64,000 nt of DNA, from assembly GCA_000165425.1 (NCBI GenBank), contig CT868496.1:186001-250000 (forward strand), written 5' to 3'. The position numbers and the translations under genes were made by a program. Below the pieces are notes generated by a model, which ran no database searches, was not told where the DNA came from, and was given only the letters and a program-made list of their open reading frames with translations. Origin of the DNA: Paramecium tetraurelia (lineage: Eukaryota). Shown here in pieces: positions 24,410 through 38,631 of the stretch; the first letter of the stretch is position 1, and each line of letters begins with the position of its first letter.

Positions 24410-25196
24410 AAACTTTAACTCTTTGTTGATTTAAAAAAGTGTTTGAATTTTTATTGAATAAAATATATAATTTCTCTAGAGATTTCAAAAAGATTTAAAT
24501 ACCCTCAAAATAAATTAATATTAAATTATGTTGCGTACTATTAATAAAGCACTGATTAAACATATTATTCATTTTTTTTTCATTTAAATCTAATAAATAT
24601 TATATAATATATTATAATATAAATATAAAATATCATATTATATTATAATGTTAAAACTTCTAAAAATACATACTTTTTCGAATCTCACTTGTTGTATGCA
24701 AAATTACAATAAACAGTATATCACCATATATTTCATAACAAATATGTTTCTTTGTCACCGCAAACCTAATAAATCCCTCAGAATTTTTATCAAAAGCTGC
24801 AATCAGATAAGCTTTAATTATTATCATTCTTCATGTTATTGAAGAGTTGCATACTCATTTATGGCCAAATAGCTATCATCTGAGAATCTGAATAATATAT
24901 TATGTAGAGTCTAGAGTTGAGAATTAAATTCCTGAATAAAACTTAGTAAAGGTGCTCTATTTCTTGGAATGCCTTACAAAATGACCAGAAAGAGTGGCAG
25001 ACTACATAGATTTGTATTCTTAAGTTAAAAGGGGATGGAGAGGAAAATAATAATTAGAATAGTCAAAATACATTCAAAATTTTGTATTTATTATGTGGTT
25101 AGCTTTTTAATTGAATAAAAAAGATAGAAGCTTTTATTTAAATGGTTGCGATTCACTTAATAAAAATGATTTATCTTAAAATACATCAGATATACA

Positions 25197-28100
25197 TCAT
25201 TTCTGTTAATAAAATAGAATGTATGCATTCTTGTCGTTGATTACATCATTCTATTTTACTTCTTTAGTTGTATCATCATTGAATTCAATCCATTTTTTTT
25301 GTCTTCTGCCATACGCAATATAATGACCATTGTCTAATCCACCAAAATGTAACACGACACCATATAACTCATAATCTATTTAATTTATTTAAATGTCTTC
25401 TGGATATGTGACTAGAATATTGTTTTTCTAGAATCCCTTATGTTCATCATATTAAAATCTTTTGAGTTGTATGATTAATTAATCAGGTAGTTTTTGTAAG
25501 CTCATTGTTTTGATAGCAAAGGTTAGATCGTTGCAAATTGTACAATGATAGGCATTTTCATCCATTAATGGTTCTTTAGATTGGAAATTGTCGATCAGAT
25601 TTAATACATTTAATGCTATTCTATAAATATGCAATTGTACATTTATCATGTTTTTGGTAGTTTGTTTTGGGTTCAAATTCTATTCTTAAGGTATTTGGGA
25701 TTGCATTTTCTAAGAATTCTATTGATAATGAAGTATGGGCATTGGCATAATTAATTTTCTCTAAATATTGATGCAATGTGGTTGAGTTATTGAAAGGCAA
25801 TTCACAACTATGCGGTTTCTGATCTTTCTTAAATTGTTTGCCACATATAAATGGGCAAGGAATCTTAGATGGTAATCTAGTTTGAATGATAACCTAGTAA
25901 TTTAAGATTTCTTTGAGCTATTATGAATTTAAAAGGTTCTCTTATTAAGGCTCATCAATTTAGATATTCATAAGTTAATCTGATTTGGAATGTTCGCCAA
26001 GTTTATTCCAAACTTATTGATAAATTTAAACTGCAGTAAACTATTTCTTGATTATTAGAATCTTGGGAATGGCTGCACATATGTACTCGCATTGATAGGA
26101 GAAGGCATTCCTCTTTTCAAATGAGTAGATCATCACATCAAAATATTAATCTTCATCAGTTATCGAATAAATGCTCTAATCCAATTAGAATAAACAAAAA
26201 TAACCATTTTAATTATCATTAAGTACTTTTGATAGATGATCCTCATCATGAAACAAATATGTATCAATTAAGCTATTAGAACAAAATGCGCCTAATAGAT
26301 AAGTGGCTTCAATTCCCAATTTCTCTCCTATATCTCTTTTAACTTCTAATAGTAGAGTTTGATTTGGTTAATATTCATAAACAATTTTTTCATAGGGCTT
26401 ATACCAGTCATTCGAAATAACGAACACATCAACTAAATGTTTAGATTAAGATGTAGCATTTAAAGAGAGTGGCAAAATCAAAAACTATTCGTAACTTTAA
26501 GTTTTTTATTCACAAATGGGACATTCAATTTCTGATCTAGTGATTCCTAAATAATTCTTAAGAATAAATGAGCTGTTTAGTTTGTGGATCAACTCCTAGG
26601 CCTACTCGTAATTATCATTATTGATTTACTAAATTTTATCAATTAATTTACATTTTATTATACTTTTTTATGGAATTACATCTGCTATTATTGTGCTGGC
26701 TTGGCCTCACTATTTTCCTGTTCTTCGCTGCTATCATCTTCGCTATCACTATTTGCTTGTTCCGGTTCAGGTTTGTCACCATCACCTAAATCTAGTTACT
26801 ACTGCAACTCATTTTCAGGTTTCTAATTGCCATCCTTCTATATCAACTCTTCATTTAATGCATCAAACAGATATAATATAAATTCTGCCGCATCCTATTA
26901 AAAGTTATTGCCAAACTAAGATATGGATATTAATTCTTACGAATGGATATTTTCGAGCCAATTACTGTCTGAAACTATATGGAGAGAATGCCTTATTTTG
27001 AGTCAGGAGATTTTTTAATAGCTTTTCTAATTTGTAATTTAATTGCACATTGCGTTTAATAGTATTCTAGGTCCAGTATTATTTATTTGATAGGAATTCC
27101 TATAAGTGAGTTGCACTAAAGAGACTCTATAGGGATGAATTCATATAACAAGTATTACCCAAATTGGTTAATCCTACTCCTTATTTAGTAGATAGATTGT
27201 CATAAGTGATTGCATCAAAGTCGTCATCATCTTGTGAATCATATGGCTTTTGTGCATTGTCTTGAATGAAATTCTTAATCCTTATATCTGCAAGTATCAC
27301 TACAATAAAATACTTTTTTGCAAGCACAAGAATAATTCAATAAAGCCTTCGATCCACAATTAAAGCAACAACCATTTTAATTTAATTCGAATTTAACATC
27401 CAATTAAGATATTTCAACCTTATTTGAAAATACTACCAATATAAAATGGTTTTTTAAAAACTGAGATAATTGCAGTTGCTAATATTCTGCTTCTAATAAT
27501 TGTTCACCCAACAGTACATTTTTATTCTGATGAACTGCCTTTATTAATTGTAGTTTAATTTGACTTTATTCGTATATAGGATTCATTAACCAAATTTGAA
27601 TATCTTGATTCTCCATTATTTATTAACAATAAGTTTCCAAGTCTCTGAATTTCCATTCACTAAACATCTACGCTTTCCTCATTCTCAACAAATCTAAGGA
27701 ATTAGTCACCTAATTTTAATTAAGTGCACCAATTTCATTCAACTTGTCTTGAGTCATAAAAATCACATAGGGCTTAGATATCAACTAATATAATTACACT
27801 TATAATCATCAAATTAAACTCCCCTTGTTCGTTTGCTATCCTCTTTACAGCTTTTCCCTTGTATTTCTCACAAAAGAATTCCCAAACATCTTATGTAATC
27901 AGGATGTAATCTTTTACAGGTTAGACATCATTCAATGGAGAATCAAAATAAAAATACAATTCTGGTGCAGAATGAAATAATTCCGCATTTGCAACTATGT
28001 CCTTATTCATCTCTCCTATTTATTGTCTTCCATATTTCTTGCCTCCTGGCTGCTCGCCTTTAAACACAGCATCATAACCAACATGAATCTTCCAAGTTTC

Positions 28101-28316
28101 CAACCAGCTTTTTGATAACAAATAAGCTTCCTTCACTTGTTTCTAAAGGAAAAGCTCTTTTGAAAGTTTTAATTTATTGATGCCCTCCAAAGCTTTTATT
28201 GTTAAATACTTAATACCTTCCAGATAAAGATTTTACTTAAAATCCTCTCCTAATGGTGGTAGAGGGGGCTGATGACGCTTGTTTTTTCCTCCTTTTTTTT
28301 TGTTTTTACGACCCAT
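25197..28316 (-). CDS. Ubiquitin-specific protease with N-terminal DUSP domain (USP4/11/15-like)
   Basis: DUSP (AYLLSKSWLETWK...DYILITQDVWEFF); Cys box GVGLTNLGNTCYMNSSLQSL; QQDAAEF; His box YELYGVVLHFVGLDNGHYIAY...WIEFNDD; NAYILFYQQK-TGA. Confidence 0.92.
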
Positions 28317-28491
28317 AATAGAAAAAAAAATGAATTTATTTATGATTTATATGTAACTAAAATTCATAAACTTGGAAAAACCAAACAGATATTACACTTT
28401 GTATAAATCTTCTACATAAGATCTCACATTTCATATGATATGTGTGTTCAAATATAATTATTAAATTAAATAACACATATTCACATAATAA

Positions 28492-30638
28492 TCAATCAAT
28501 CTCAAATATTTCTGGCATTATCTCTTAAAATCGTAAAAATTGAATGTTTCTTCTCTATTGATAATTATTGATTAGAGTTTATTGGCTTTCTAATTTTAAC
28601 TCTGGTTAATCATCTTCATCATTGTGTTATTCTACATATTCTATCTTTTTTTATTTATCAGGTTGTTATTATTATTCTTTTGAAAATGGAATCTCTAATT
28701 CTTAACCGTTACTTTACTCCAATTACTGCTGTTAACTGTTACTTTGCTCCAATTACTGCTGTTATTATTTTATCATTCTTTTCTCTTTTAATTCAGCTAA
28801 CCTTTCTTAAAATTATGAATAAGGTATATTTGCATACTCTAATAATTTATATTTAATTATATTTACATTGTTCTTATATTTATATTAAATTCTCTTCATT
28901 TCTACTTTCGAATTTGATGATAACAAAATCAGTTACATAGTCAATAGTGACTTATGAATCAGAGTTGTTTTGGAATTTCAAATGCAAAAATTGATTTGTG
29001 ACAATTTAGTCTACAATTTACTTTTACAAAATGCAAAGATCATTTTCATCATGTTCTATCAATAATTCTGCCTTGGTGTACCCTTTAATACGAATTATTA
29101 AAAATAATAGTCTCCCTTCCTATCTTTGATTGAATGTTAATTATTAAAAGCTCTCTCTAAAAATTAAATTATAAGTTACTATTTTTCTTCTTATATTTCT
29201 ATTTCTTGTATTTATTGATCCTTAATTTCAGAAGAAGCAAGTTCCTGTACAAGAACCTTTTGTTCTTGGATTTGTTATTCCTCGGGTTCCTATGGAATGA
29301 ACTTAATCTAGATTTCCTATTTTATTTCAGGTTCCTCATTCTCATCGTTCTGAGATGTGGCTTATTCTTGCTTAATTCTTTCAATTTCCTCTTAATATTT
29401 GATCTTTAAATAGTCTTTAGATATAGGAGCTCTGATCTTAAGTGTCTTTGATTTTGCATCAAATTTTGCTGATGCTTCAGTTTATTCTATAGGATAGGGT
29501 AATTTAATGTCCAAAAAATATTTATTTGGCACATCTAAAACAAGTCCTTGATTGCTCAGATCCAATTGAATTTCTTTCATAGCCTCCACTTTCTACATTT
29601 TCAAATCACATGCTAATTAATTTGGTAATTTGATAGACATATTGGCTCTGGAATCTAAGAAGTCACTGTATTCAACAGGATAAGAATAAATAAATCTATA
29701 TTTAGGTCTTGAAACAGCTGTAGATTCAATCTCATCAGATTCCTTCTTAATATCCTCTTCCTCTTCTGCTTATTGTTCCTTTTATTACTATTATTTTAAT
29801 TTCTCCTCTTCCTTAATCTTTTCATTCTCATCCCTCATCTAGTTGATATCCTTTTATAACTTTGTTTAAGCATTAGCTTAACCTCCTTATCTACTATCTA
29901 ATTCATTAGTAAGTTTTCCCTTTTTATCAATCCTAACAGGAAGTAATGCTGGCTCACCTCCTTTGCATTTTGTATGTTTTAGAACCTTAAAATCTTTACT
30001 TATTTCTTCATTCCTTTCTCCAAGTTGTTTGCCTGATGCTTCAAGTGCTGTTGAACAAACTAAATTTTTAAAATTGGGCGTCTTGTAACATAATCCTATC
30101 GTAGTTGGATGAAAGGCTACATCAACGGTATTGCATATGTTTTGCTCTAAATTAAATGTGGAGTATTACTTTTGTCTTGATCATATCGGATTTTACCAAT
30201 GGAATAGGGGATTTTCCAATTTTATCCAGTTTACCCATTTTATGTGATTGTTTCTGACTATGGCTTATCTATAACACTAGTTGAACATATATTAATAAAA
30301 AACTTAAATTATAGAGTAATTTCCTTACTTTTTATTCATGCTTTCTATTTTGTTTTTACCAAATAGATGTCTTAACACAAAAATGAGGTTCAGGTTTGAT
30401 CAACTTCATGCCTTTTGGCAATTCTGATTCTCGTTCCAATTATTTCAAATATTAATCATATTCTTCCCTATTTTTTGGATCTGATATTTCCTTCATGTAA
30501 TCACCCATCAATTCAGCGAATTCAGGCTTTTTCATTGCCTTTTCTATTTTTTTGAATTCCTAAATTCATTGAAACAATTACATCTCTGGTAATTTTAAGG
30601 TCTTCAGGATTGGTACCATGTTAATTAGGAATTTGCAT
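28492..30638 (-). CDS. DNAAF2: Kintoun/PF13 axonemal dynein assembly factor (PIH1 + CS domains)
   Basis: LKITRDEFKKIEKAMKKPEFAELMGDYMKEISDPKNREEYDQYLKQLE...LIKPEPHFCVKT; WKIPYSIG; DVAFHP; YFLDIKLPYPI...SAKFD; C-terminal FEID-TGA. Confidence 0.9.
28708..28764. repeat. 30-nt tandem duplication inside the DNAAF2 low-complexity tail
   Basis: gttactttactccaattactgctgttaact followed by gttactttgctccaattactgctgtta; encodes a duplicated QQQLEQSN unit on the minus strand. Confidence 0.7.
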
Positions 30639-30806
30639 AAGTTATATATTTAATTTAAATTATTTATTGTAAATACTTCCAAGTTTTATTTTTAATTATT
30701 TTATTCATTCATATTATCCCCAGCATTCATCGAGACCTTAATCTAAAAATAATTATATACAAATAAAATCCCAATTAGATATTATTATTATTTTTATATT
30801 TATTTT

Positions 30807-31303
30807 ATGAGTTATCTATATTTTGGTACATTACCTTCTTCAGTGCCTCCTGTCTTTGGTATATCATATTATTAATGTAGACACAACTCCATGTTTGAAG
30901 TAGATGCATGATTATGAAGACTGTGCCTTTGAGTAAATTAAATATTAATCATTCAAATAGATCAAACACTAAACAAATGGAAATCATTCATCCCAGCTGG
31001 CCCTCAATGTGGCCAAGAATGTTAACTGATGGAAAGTCAATTGTAAAGAATCCTCATTATCCCTTTAGGACTTTGGCCATACTCCCATGCACCAAGATAG
31101 TTCTACTCATTATACATAGTATTAATTCAATTTAAACTGCTAGTATGCGCCCATTAACTAAAAAAATCAAGCATTATTTATGGGAATGCGAAGAAGAAAG
31201 ATTTGTCTATAAGGCGTGTTTGAGAAAATTAATAAGCCTTAAAAGAACTGACAAACACACTAGTTGGGACACAGCATCAGTTAGCAACTTAAGTTTAGTG
31301 TGA
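30807..31303 (+). CDS. Twin CX9C small protein, likely mitochondrial intermembrane space/OXPHOS
   Basis: Spliced across four tiny introns: MSYLYFGTLPSSVPPVFDTTP-CLKQMHDYEDC-AFE...HYLWE-CEEERFVYKAC-LRKL...SLV-TGA. Contains two exact CX9C motifs. Confidence 0.8.
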
Positions 31304-32370
31304 TTAATATAAATAAATATAAATATACAATAATAAGATTACTTATAACATTTTTGAAATATATAATGTATAATGTCTCGTATGCTCTCCAAATCTAATC
31401 TTGTAATCACGAAAGATCAAAACTAACCAGAAACACATTATTTCGAACGAGAATCAATGAATTTTACATCTTATATAATATAATTGTTTCTATGGAAAGT
31501 TCTATGCTTTAACTTCTATTGGTTACATCATAAATTGCATAAATTTGATTAAAAATTCTAACAAGAGTAGGATATGCAGTCTGTTTGTGCATTACATATG
31601 AATAAATAAGATTATACAAGCCAACTTGGGTTTAGATATAACTGATCGACATAAGAATACGAATTCAATCTACAAGCATGATCTTCATGTTAAAAAGACA
31701 AAATCCTGTTGATATTTTGAAACTCCATTGATTGATGATAAATTGCGATGTCATAGGAAATAATAGAGTATATCATTAATAAAAAGGGACAGTTTGATAA
31801 TGAAAGTTTATTAATTTTGTAAAATCATTTACTTATATTTAGTTGGTGCCTAATAAAACTTGATGTTGATAATCGATTGAGAAATGATGTATAAGACCAA
31901 TAGTATTTAAATATTGAATATGAAGCTATTCTAAAAAATGATTTAAAAAAAATTTCAATTTTTAATTAATATGTATTCTTTACAATATTAATAGCAAGAC
32001 TATTTATTCATGGAGACTGGTAATTTAAATTTACTTCAATATATATATTTCTGGTTTATCAAGCTAAATATGAAAAATATATATTCAACTGATATATAAG
32101 TCAAAATAGCACTTTGAAATTATTAATTCGGTAATAATTAAGAAGAAATATATTTTCTTCAGTTTTGACATTTAGCTCCTTGGATAAAACATAGAAATGC
32201 TCTATTCATGCATTTTATATAGATTGTTCTATATTTTATAAAACAAATTAATCTAAAATAACAGATTATAATCGTTGCTGAGTAAAATTATTCTATTTAT
32301 GCAGCCTTGATATGAAATAAACATATTAATAATTATTTTTATCTGATAATTTTATTATATCGAAAGTACA

Positions 32371-35300
32371 ATGAATCAACTCGTAGGACAAGTGAATCTA
32401 AACGCAAGCCATTCTCAACATCCATCTAATATACAATAAGTTGAGGAACAAAGGAATAATCAGATTTAAGATTAAGAAATTCAACTATCACGTGCTGAAG
32501 GACAACAAAATTAATAGTAAGTAGTCTTATCATATTCTAAGATAAAACAATCTACAAAATAATAATTAAAATCCTTAGGAATAACAAAATAGAATTGATG
32601 AAAGAAGGACCATTTTTTTATAACCTTCTCATATCATAACTGATTAATCAGAATAGTTTTTTGCAAAAGTAAGAAACCCTAATTATTTATAGATTCATTA
32701 AAGAGAATAATAGAATAAAAAATGTTGTCAAGCATGTTTTCTTCCAATCGGTTCTCATACATTTTGTTGTGGAACAGATAATACAAAAAAAGATTTTAAA
32801 TAATTTGGAATGGGCATCAATTTATATTTTCGGTTTTTGAAAAAATTAGGACACTTTTTCATTATTTTTACCATATTATCAATCCCACAATTGTTCTTTA
32901 GTGTATTAGGTATTGATAGACAATAATTATAGCTTATGTTGGAAGCGAATCTCGAGATTCTACTGATTCATTTCAGTTTTTAATGGCTACTACCATAGGT
33001 GCAACTAGTCTAAATAATAAAGATTGTTAAATATAAGTTTATAGTGTAACTGAGTTCCCAGATGATTAAATTGAATTTAATTTACAGTGTGATTCTGGCA
33101 ATCTTGCAGGATCATCATTTTATTATGGCATAATAAATTCAAATGAATAAGATTGCATTTATTTGGGTAAATCTGAATTAAATTTAAATTCAACTAATTA
33201 AGATAGATTAAATTCATTAAGACAATAAATCAATTCAAAAGAAGAATTTTCATTTACTTTAAGAAAATCAGATTTTGTGAATGAAGATCCAACAGGGAAG
33301 AGAATTTATGCCGGAGCATACTGTAAAGAATCAACAATAACAATTGGATCACTAGAATTAAAATAAAAAATAATACCGATCATCTTTGCATCTTGTGACG
33401 CCGTCATAGTTTTACTTTTCATCTATTTTTTAATTAGCTTAACTGCTAGTGAAAATAAATACAGTAAACTATCATAAAAAGAGACTCCTACTTTATAGCA
33501 TTTTTCCATTTAGCTATCAAAATTACCAAAAATTGAAAAATTAATTAAATTCTCAAAAAACAATGATGAATTTGATAGGAAGAAAGATTTATTGCTTTTT
33601 GAGGTGAAATAATTCATTAATGAATAATTAAAGTTAGTTCTAAATGATTAACAATTATAGATTTATGATATTCAAATTTCAGAAAATGAAGAGTTATTGC
33701 AATTACAAATTTAAATAAAATAGAGAAAACTTAAGATATAAGAGCAATTAGATAAACTAAAATTCATAGATACAGATATATTTAAAGATGCCTTATCGAA
33801 AGTAATAGAATAAGATAAAAATCTTACATAAACATTATATAAATAATTTTACTAAAATTTTAGAAATCTTTTGTAGAATCCAAATAAAGAGCAAAAAATA
33901 GATTAACCTAATCGACTTATTGTAAAATACTGGAAAGAAATAGATGAAATAAATTAAAAGATTGATAAAATCTAATTAGACGAGAATTCAAAATATATCT
34001 GGGTTACATTTGATACAATAAACTAAAAGGAAATGGTGTAAAAGAAACTTTAAAGCCTTCCTAAAGATTGGCTTTATTATTATACTTGTCTTAAATGTTT
34101 TGATGATAGAGAAGAACAAGAGAAATTGTAAATATTTTTAAATTATTTAGTCTGCTTAAAAAATTTAAGCTTTAGGTTAAAGATGCTCCAATACCTGAAA
34201 ATATAAATTGGAAGAATCTTAATTATTCTATGAAACAAAGATTTTTTAGATAGCTAATAAGCATGCTTTTTACATTAATTTTATTAGCCTGCTCATGGGT
34301 TTTAGTAAGTTGGGTAAATCTTTAGAAATCTGATTTTCAAGAGAAATATCCATCAATAAATTGCAATAATAAAATTTATGATAACATTACTATAGAATAG
34401 GTTCAATAAGAAATTGATAATGATAACAACTCAGCTATTAAAGGTTATGTAGAATGTTATTGTAAACCTAAGTTTAGTGAAATTATTTAAGGAGAATATG
34501 AAATATGTTAAGATTGGGGTAAATAGTACGCATTCTAATAATCATTACCATGGATTATTGTAGCAGGACTGATAGCAATAAATGTATTAATTTAGTACAT
34601 ATTAATCTGTAAGAATAAAGTAATAATTTAGTTTTATCAAAATGGGAAGCGCATCTGATGATTTCGGAAGAATATTCAAGCAGAATTTTGAAAATATTTC
34701 TAGCTTAGTTTTTAAATACTGGATTGATTCTGCTAATCTCAAATATTGATTTTGGTAATTCTACTAGAAATGATGCCCCCAAGACAGTAAGATTTCTTTT
34801 TGGAGGAAAGTATGGAGATATTGATTCTAAATGGTGTCAAAACATAGGAATTGTTTTGGTATATATTTATCAGCTACAATAGTTATTAACTTTATTGATT
34901 AATATATTAACTTAACCAATTATGCTTATGGTGGAGATAATTATTAGATATGTAAGAAAGGCATATGATTAATGTTCATGTTGTTTAAATGAGAAGAAAA
35001 CTAGACAATAAAACTATTAAGATTTTAAAGATTTATATAAAGGAGAGGAATTTAGAGTTGAATTGAGATATGCTCAAATTTTGACTGCCCTTTATATATG
35101 CGTTATGTATAGTCCTGCACTCCCATTCTTATATTTCATTACAATGTTGACAGTTTGGTTCCTTTACTTTGTGGATAAAATCTCTAGTAAATAATTTAAA
35201 ATTAAATTTATTAGTTTTCAATACATATCGTAAACCTATTAGAATAGATTCGATAATTAGTGAATCTGTGAGAAAATATTTATGGATTGCAGTTGTTATA

Positions 35301-36091
35301 CATTTAAGCTTTGCAACTTATATTTATGGAAGCTCTAATTTATTTTATGAAACTGTCGAGGCTGAAATAGTAATTGATTAATTATAGAATGTATATGGAT
35401 AAGAGAATGTAGTTGTAGAATGGTGGGATAGATCTTGGAGTTAAATTCCTAATGTCATTTTGTTAGTAATCCTTGCTCTGATTGTAATTTTAATAATTTT
35501 ATTCTTCTTTTGTTATAAACCAATAGTGGGATTGTTTTCTAAATGTTTTGGTTGCTGCAATGAAGAAATTTTATAGAATAATCCTGGATTAGATTAATAT
35601 GAATAAAGACCACTTTTGAAATGTAAAATTAATTTAATTATTCTAGTTCTAAAGAAAGAATAGATAGTAGATGATCTACAATTCACTTTATAATAAAAAG
35701 ATGGGAATCCTAAAATTTATGATGACAAATATCTCAAATTAGAGGCAGAATGCATATAACTCTATGGGAGTATGGGTAGAGTTCCTTTTGGAATAAATCG
35801 AGAGTATAGACAAGATTAATCGTAAAATATAAGTAGACAACCAGCTGTGAATAATAATGGAAACTAATCATAAATAGCTCAAATTAATAATAACAATGCA
35901 AATTAAAATGGTGATGCGAAAAATTAAATTAATAATTAAGCCTAAGAAGAGAATCATTAGAAACTGATTGGTTTAAGATCGTTTAACAAAGCAGTATTAT
36001 TATTTAACTATATTAGTATAATAAAACATATAAATAATACTATGAGTGGGAATTTATTAGATCAATTAAAGTAGATGTGTAATAAAGATGA
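32371..36091 (+). CDS. OSCA/TMEM63 (CSC1)-like multipass ion channel
   Basis: GMGINLYFRFLK; APIPENINWKNL; multiple TM segments; YKGEEFRVELRYAQILTALYICVMYSPALPILYF...FVDKI. About 1100 aa with many tiny introns; TGA 36089-36091. Confidence 0.8.
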
Positions 36092-36587
36092 ATTAATATT
36101 TTAAACAATTTTTAGAGTACATTTCTTTGAATAAATCGATTTTAAGATTTTATTTTAAATTTATTTAAAAATCATTTCTCAAAATGATTATTTAAAATTA
36201 AGAATTTCTCCTCTAACCTTAATAACATCTGGATACAAGTTATTATTTCAAATTTATACGTAAAATTTATTTTAATTTTCATTAAGATTTAAAGGAAGAA
36301 ATACTTTTATTTTTTTATTTCTTCTATTAAATTGCCAAATTTCTTTTCTATTAAGACATACTAGAGATTCTTAAACGAAAAAATTAAGATATATTTTAAT
36401 TTTGATTGGATGATTATTGCGTAAAAAATATTTATTTGACAGATAAAATGAATGAAATTGATTTTAATGAATGATTATTAGGTGTTTAATTAACAATTTC
36501 AAACAGCCTTTAGAATTTATTGAGTGAATTAGAGAAATAATAATTTATATAAATTATTTGTCTTAATAAAAGTATATTGCTATATAA

Positions 36588-37999
36588 TCAACATTTAAGG
36601 TTACTTAATTCAAAAACAGTTTATTTGAGAAATACATTGTAAATATCTGAAAAACCCTATTGTTATTTAAATTATTTTACTTCTAATAATTGAAAATTTA
36701 AGAGATATTTATTTCTTATCAACCACAAGATTTCTACACAAATTTTGATTTCTGATTTGAACTTATACATGATTTGAATTTTAAATGTATCCTTATTTTG
36801 TACTTGCTTTATAGAAACTGGTTTTTTCATTAGGAAATATTCTGTAATATTCTTAATAATTAATTCAGGTTATCCTTTTATAGTCAAGCAAGATTCTGAA
36901 CTCGATTGATTTTTAGCATTGGGCAATTGACTAACAACTTTGCCAGTCAAAAATGAGATCAACTCAAATCCTTTCATTTACCTTATAAATGATGGATTAT
37001 CAATCAAATTACCCTTTATATGATTTGTAGGCACTGTCAATAAATGATGAGCAAACTCCTATGGCTAAGTAGGAAACTCATCTTATATAAACCACTATTA
37101 TTCTTCTTTTGAGATATCAGTTTGAAACCATTAATGTTAAATAATATTCTCAATAGTTATTCGCTTATTTGGATGAGTGACTAATAGTTTTGAAAGTAGA
37201 TCCTTCAATTCTGTAGTAAAATATTTGGGAAATGGGAAATATTATGCTGTGATAATATTATCTAAAAGAATTGCTACATTATCATCCTCAAATGGCAAAT
37301 CTAAATAAATAATATAGGCATTTTACATCCAGCACATGAAAAATAGAGAATCACACCAAGTGACCAGATATCTGCTTTATGTCCATCATACCCAGAAGAT
37401 TAAATAACTTCTGGTGCTAGATAATGGACTGTACCACATGTAGTGTATAATTCATTATTAAGATTACTTGGATCTTGAAAGAGAGAACTGAGACCAAAGT
37501 CATTGACTTTTATTTAATCTGTTTGATTGCAAATGAGAATATTTTCTGGTTTGAGATCTCTATGAGCTATTGATTTGGACTGGCAATATCGAATGGCTCT
37601 TATAATCTACCTAAAGTATTTGCGCATTTATGGTTCTGGTATATATTTGTTATTTCTAATCATATCAAATAATTCTCCTCCTTTAATCCATTCCAACACC
37701 AGGTAAATCTTCGTTTTGCTCGCCAACACCTAACATAGATTTATGTAAATACTTCTATTAATTTGACAATGTTTGGATGATTGATGATCATTAGTATGTG
37801 AATTTCCTTTTTGAGACTTTCAATTAATTCTTCTCTCTTGATTTTTTCTTTATCAATAATCTTAATAGCAAACTCTTATTTTGTTGTGACATTAATAGCA
37901 CTCCTAACACTGAAAATATTGTATAAGATATAATTACATTCCAAATGCTCCTTAGCCCAGAATAGCTCCAAGTTCATAATCCCCTACTCTTTTGGTCAT
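36588..37999 (-). CDS. CIPK/SnRK3-like Ser/Thr kinase (CAMK/AMPK-related group)
   Basis: RVGDYELGAILGQGAFG; FAIKIIDK; VLASKTKIYLVLE; HRDLKPENIL; DFGLS; LYTTCGTVHYLAPEVI..GYDGHKADIWSLGVIL; NAF-like MKGFELISFLTG; C-terminal KA1-like region. Confidence 0.88.
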
Positions 38000-38631
38000 T
38001 TTTATAATTTATTATAATTTAATATCTCTGAGAATAATTTTCATATAAATTTCAACATCAGTTAGTAATTAAGGGTATTTCTTATTTCACACAACCAAAT
38101 ATTTGAGAAATTATGATATAATCATCGAAAACATAATGCTCTCTTATCATAAATTTGAGGATGTAATAATTAGCTGATTTATGATAATTTTAAATTTGAG
38201 AACATAGTTTAAAATTCATGTTTTTGTTAAAATAGAATTATACTATTCTTCTAAGAGTCACGTAATCTAAATTATTTAATTTTGAATTGTAATTATTTAG
38301 CATTTAAAATGTAAAATAAAAATAATAAATTTTAAAAAATTTGGTAATAGAGTTGTTGTGTATCATTTTCATGAGTAAATGTATAAAGATAATTGCCATT
38401 AGACAATTACTCAATGAAAATTTAGTTTAACCTTATTTCCTATAATTTCTAAATGATAGAGTTCCATTTAATTCTTTTCAAATAAGAAATCATTAAAGGA
38501 TTGTGAATATATTACAATATTAGAATCTATCGATGAAAATGATATTATTATTCATAGTTGTATTGATTGCGATAAATTGTTATGTAATATTAAAGTTTAT
38601 AAACTGTCACTTGTTATAAATATTAATTCGA

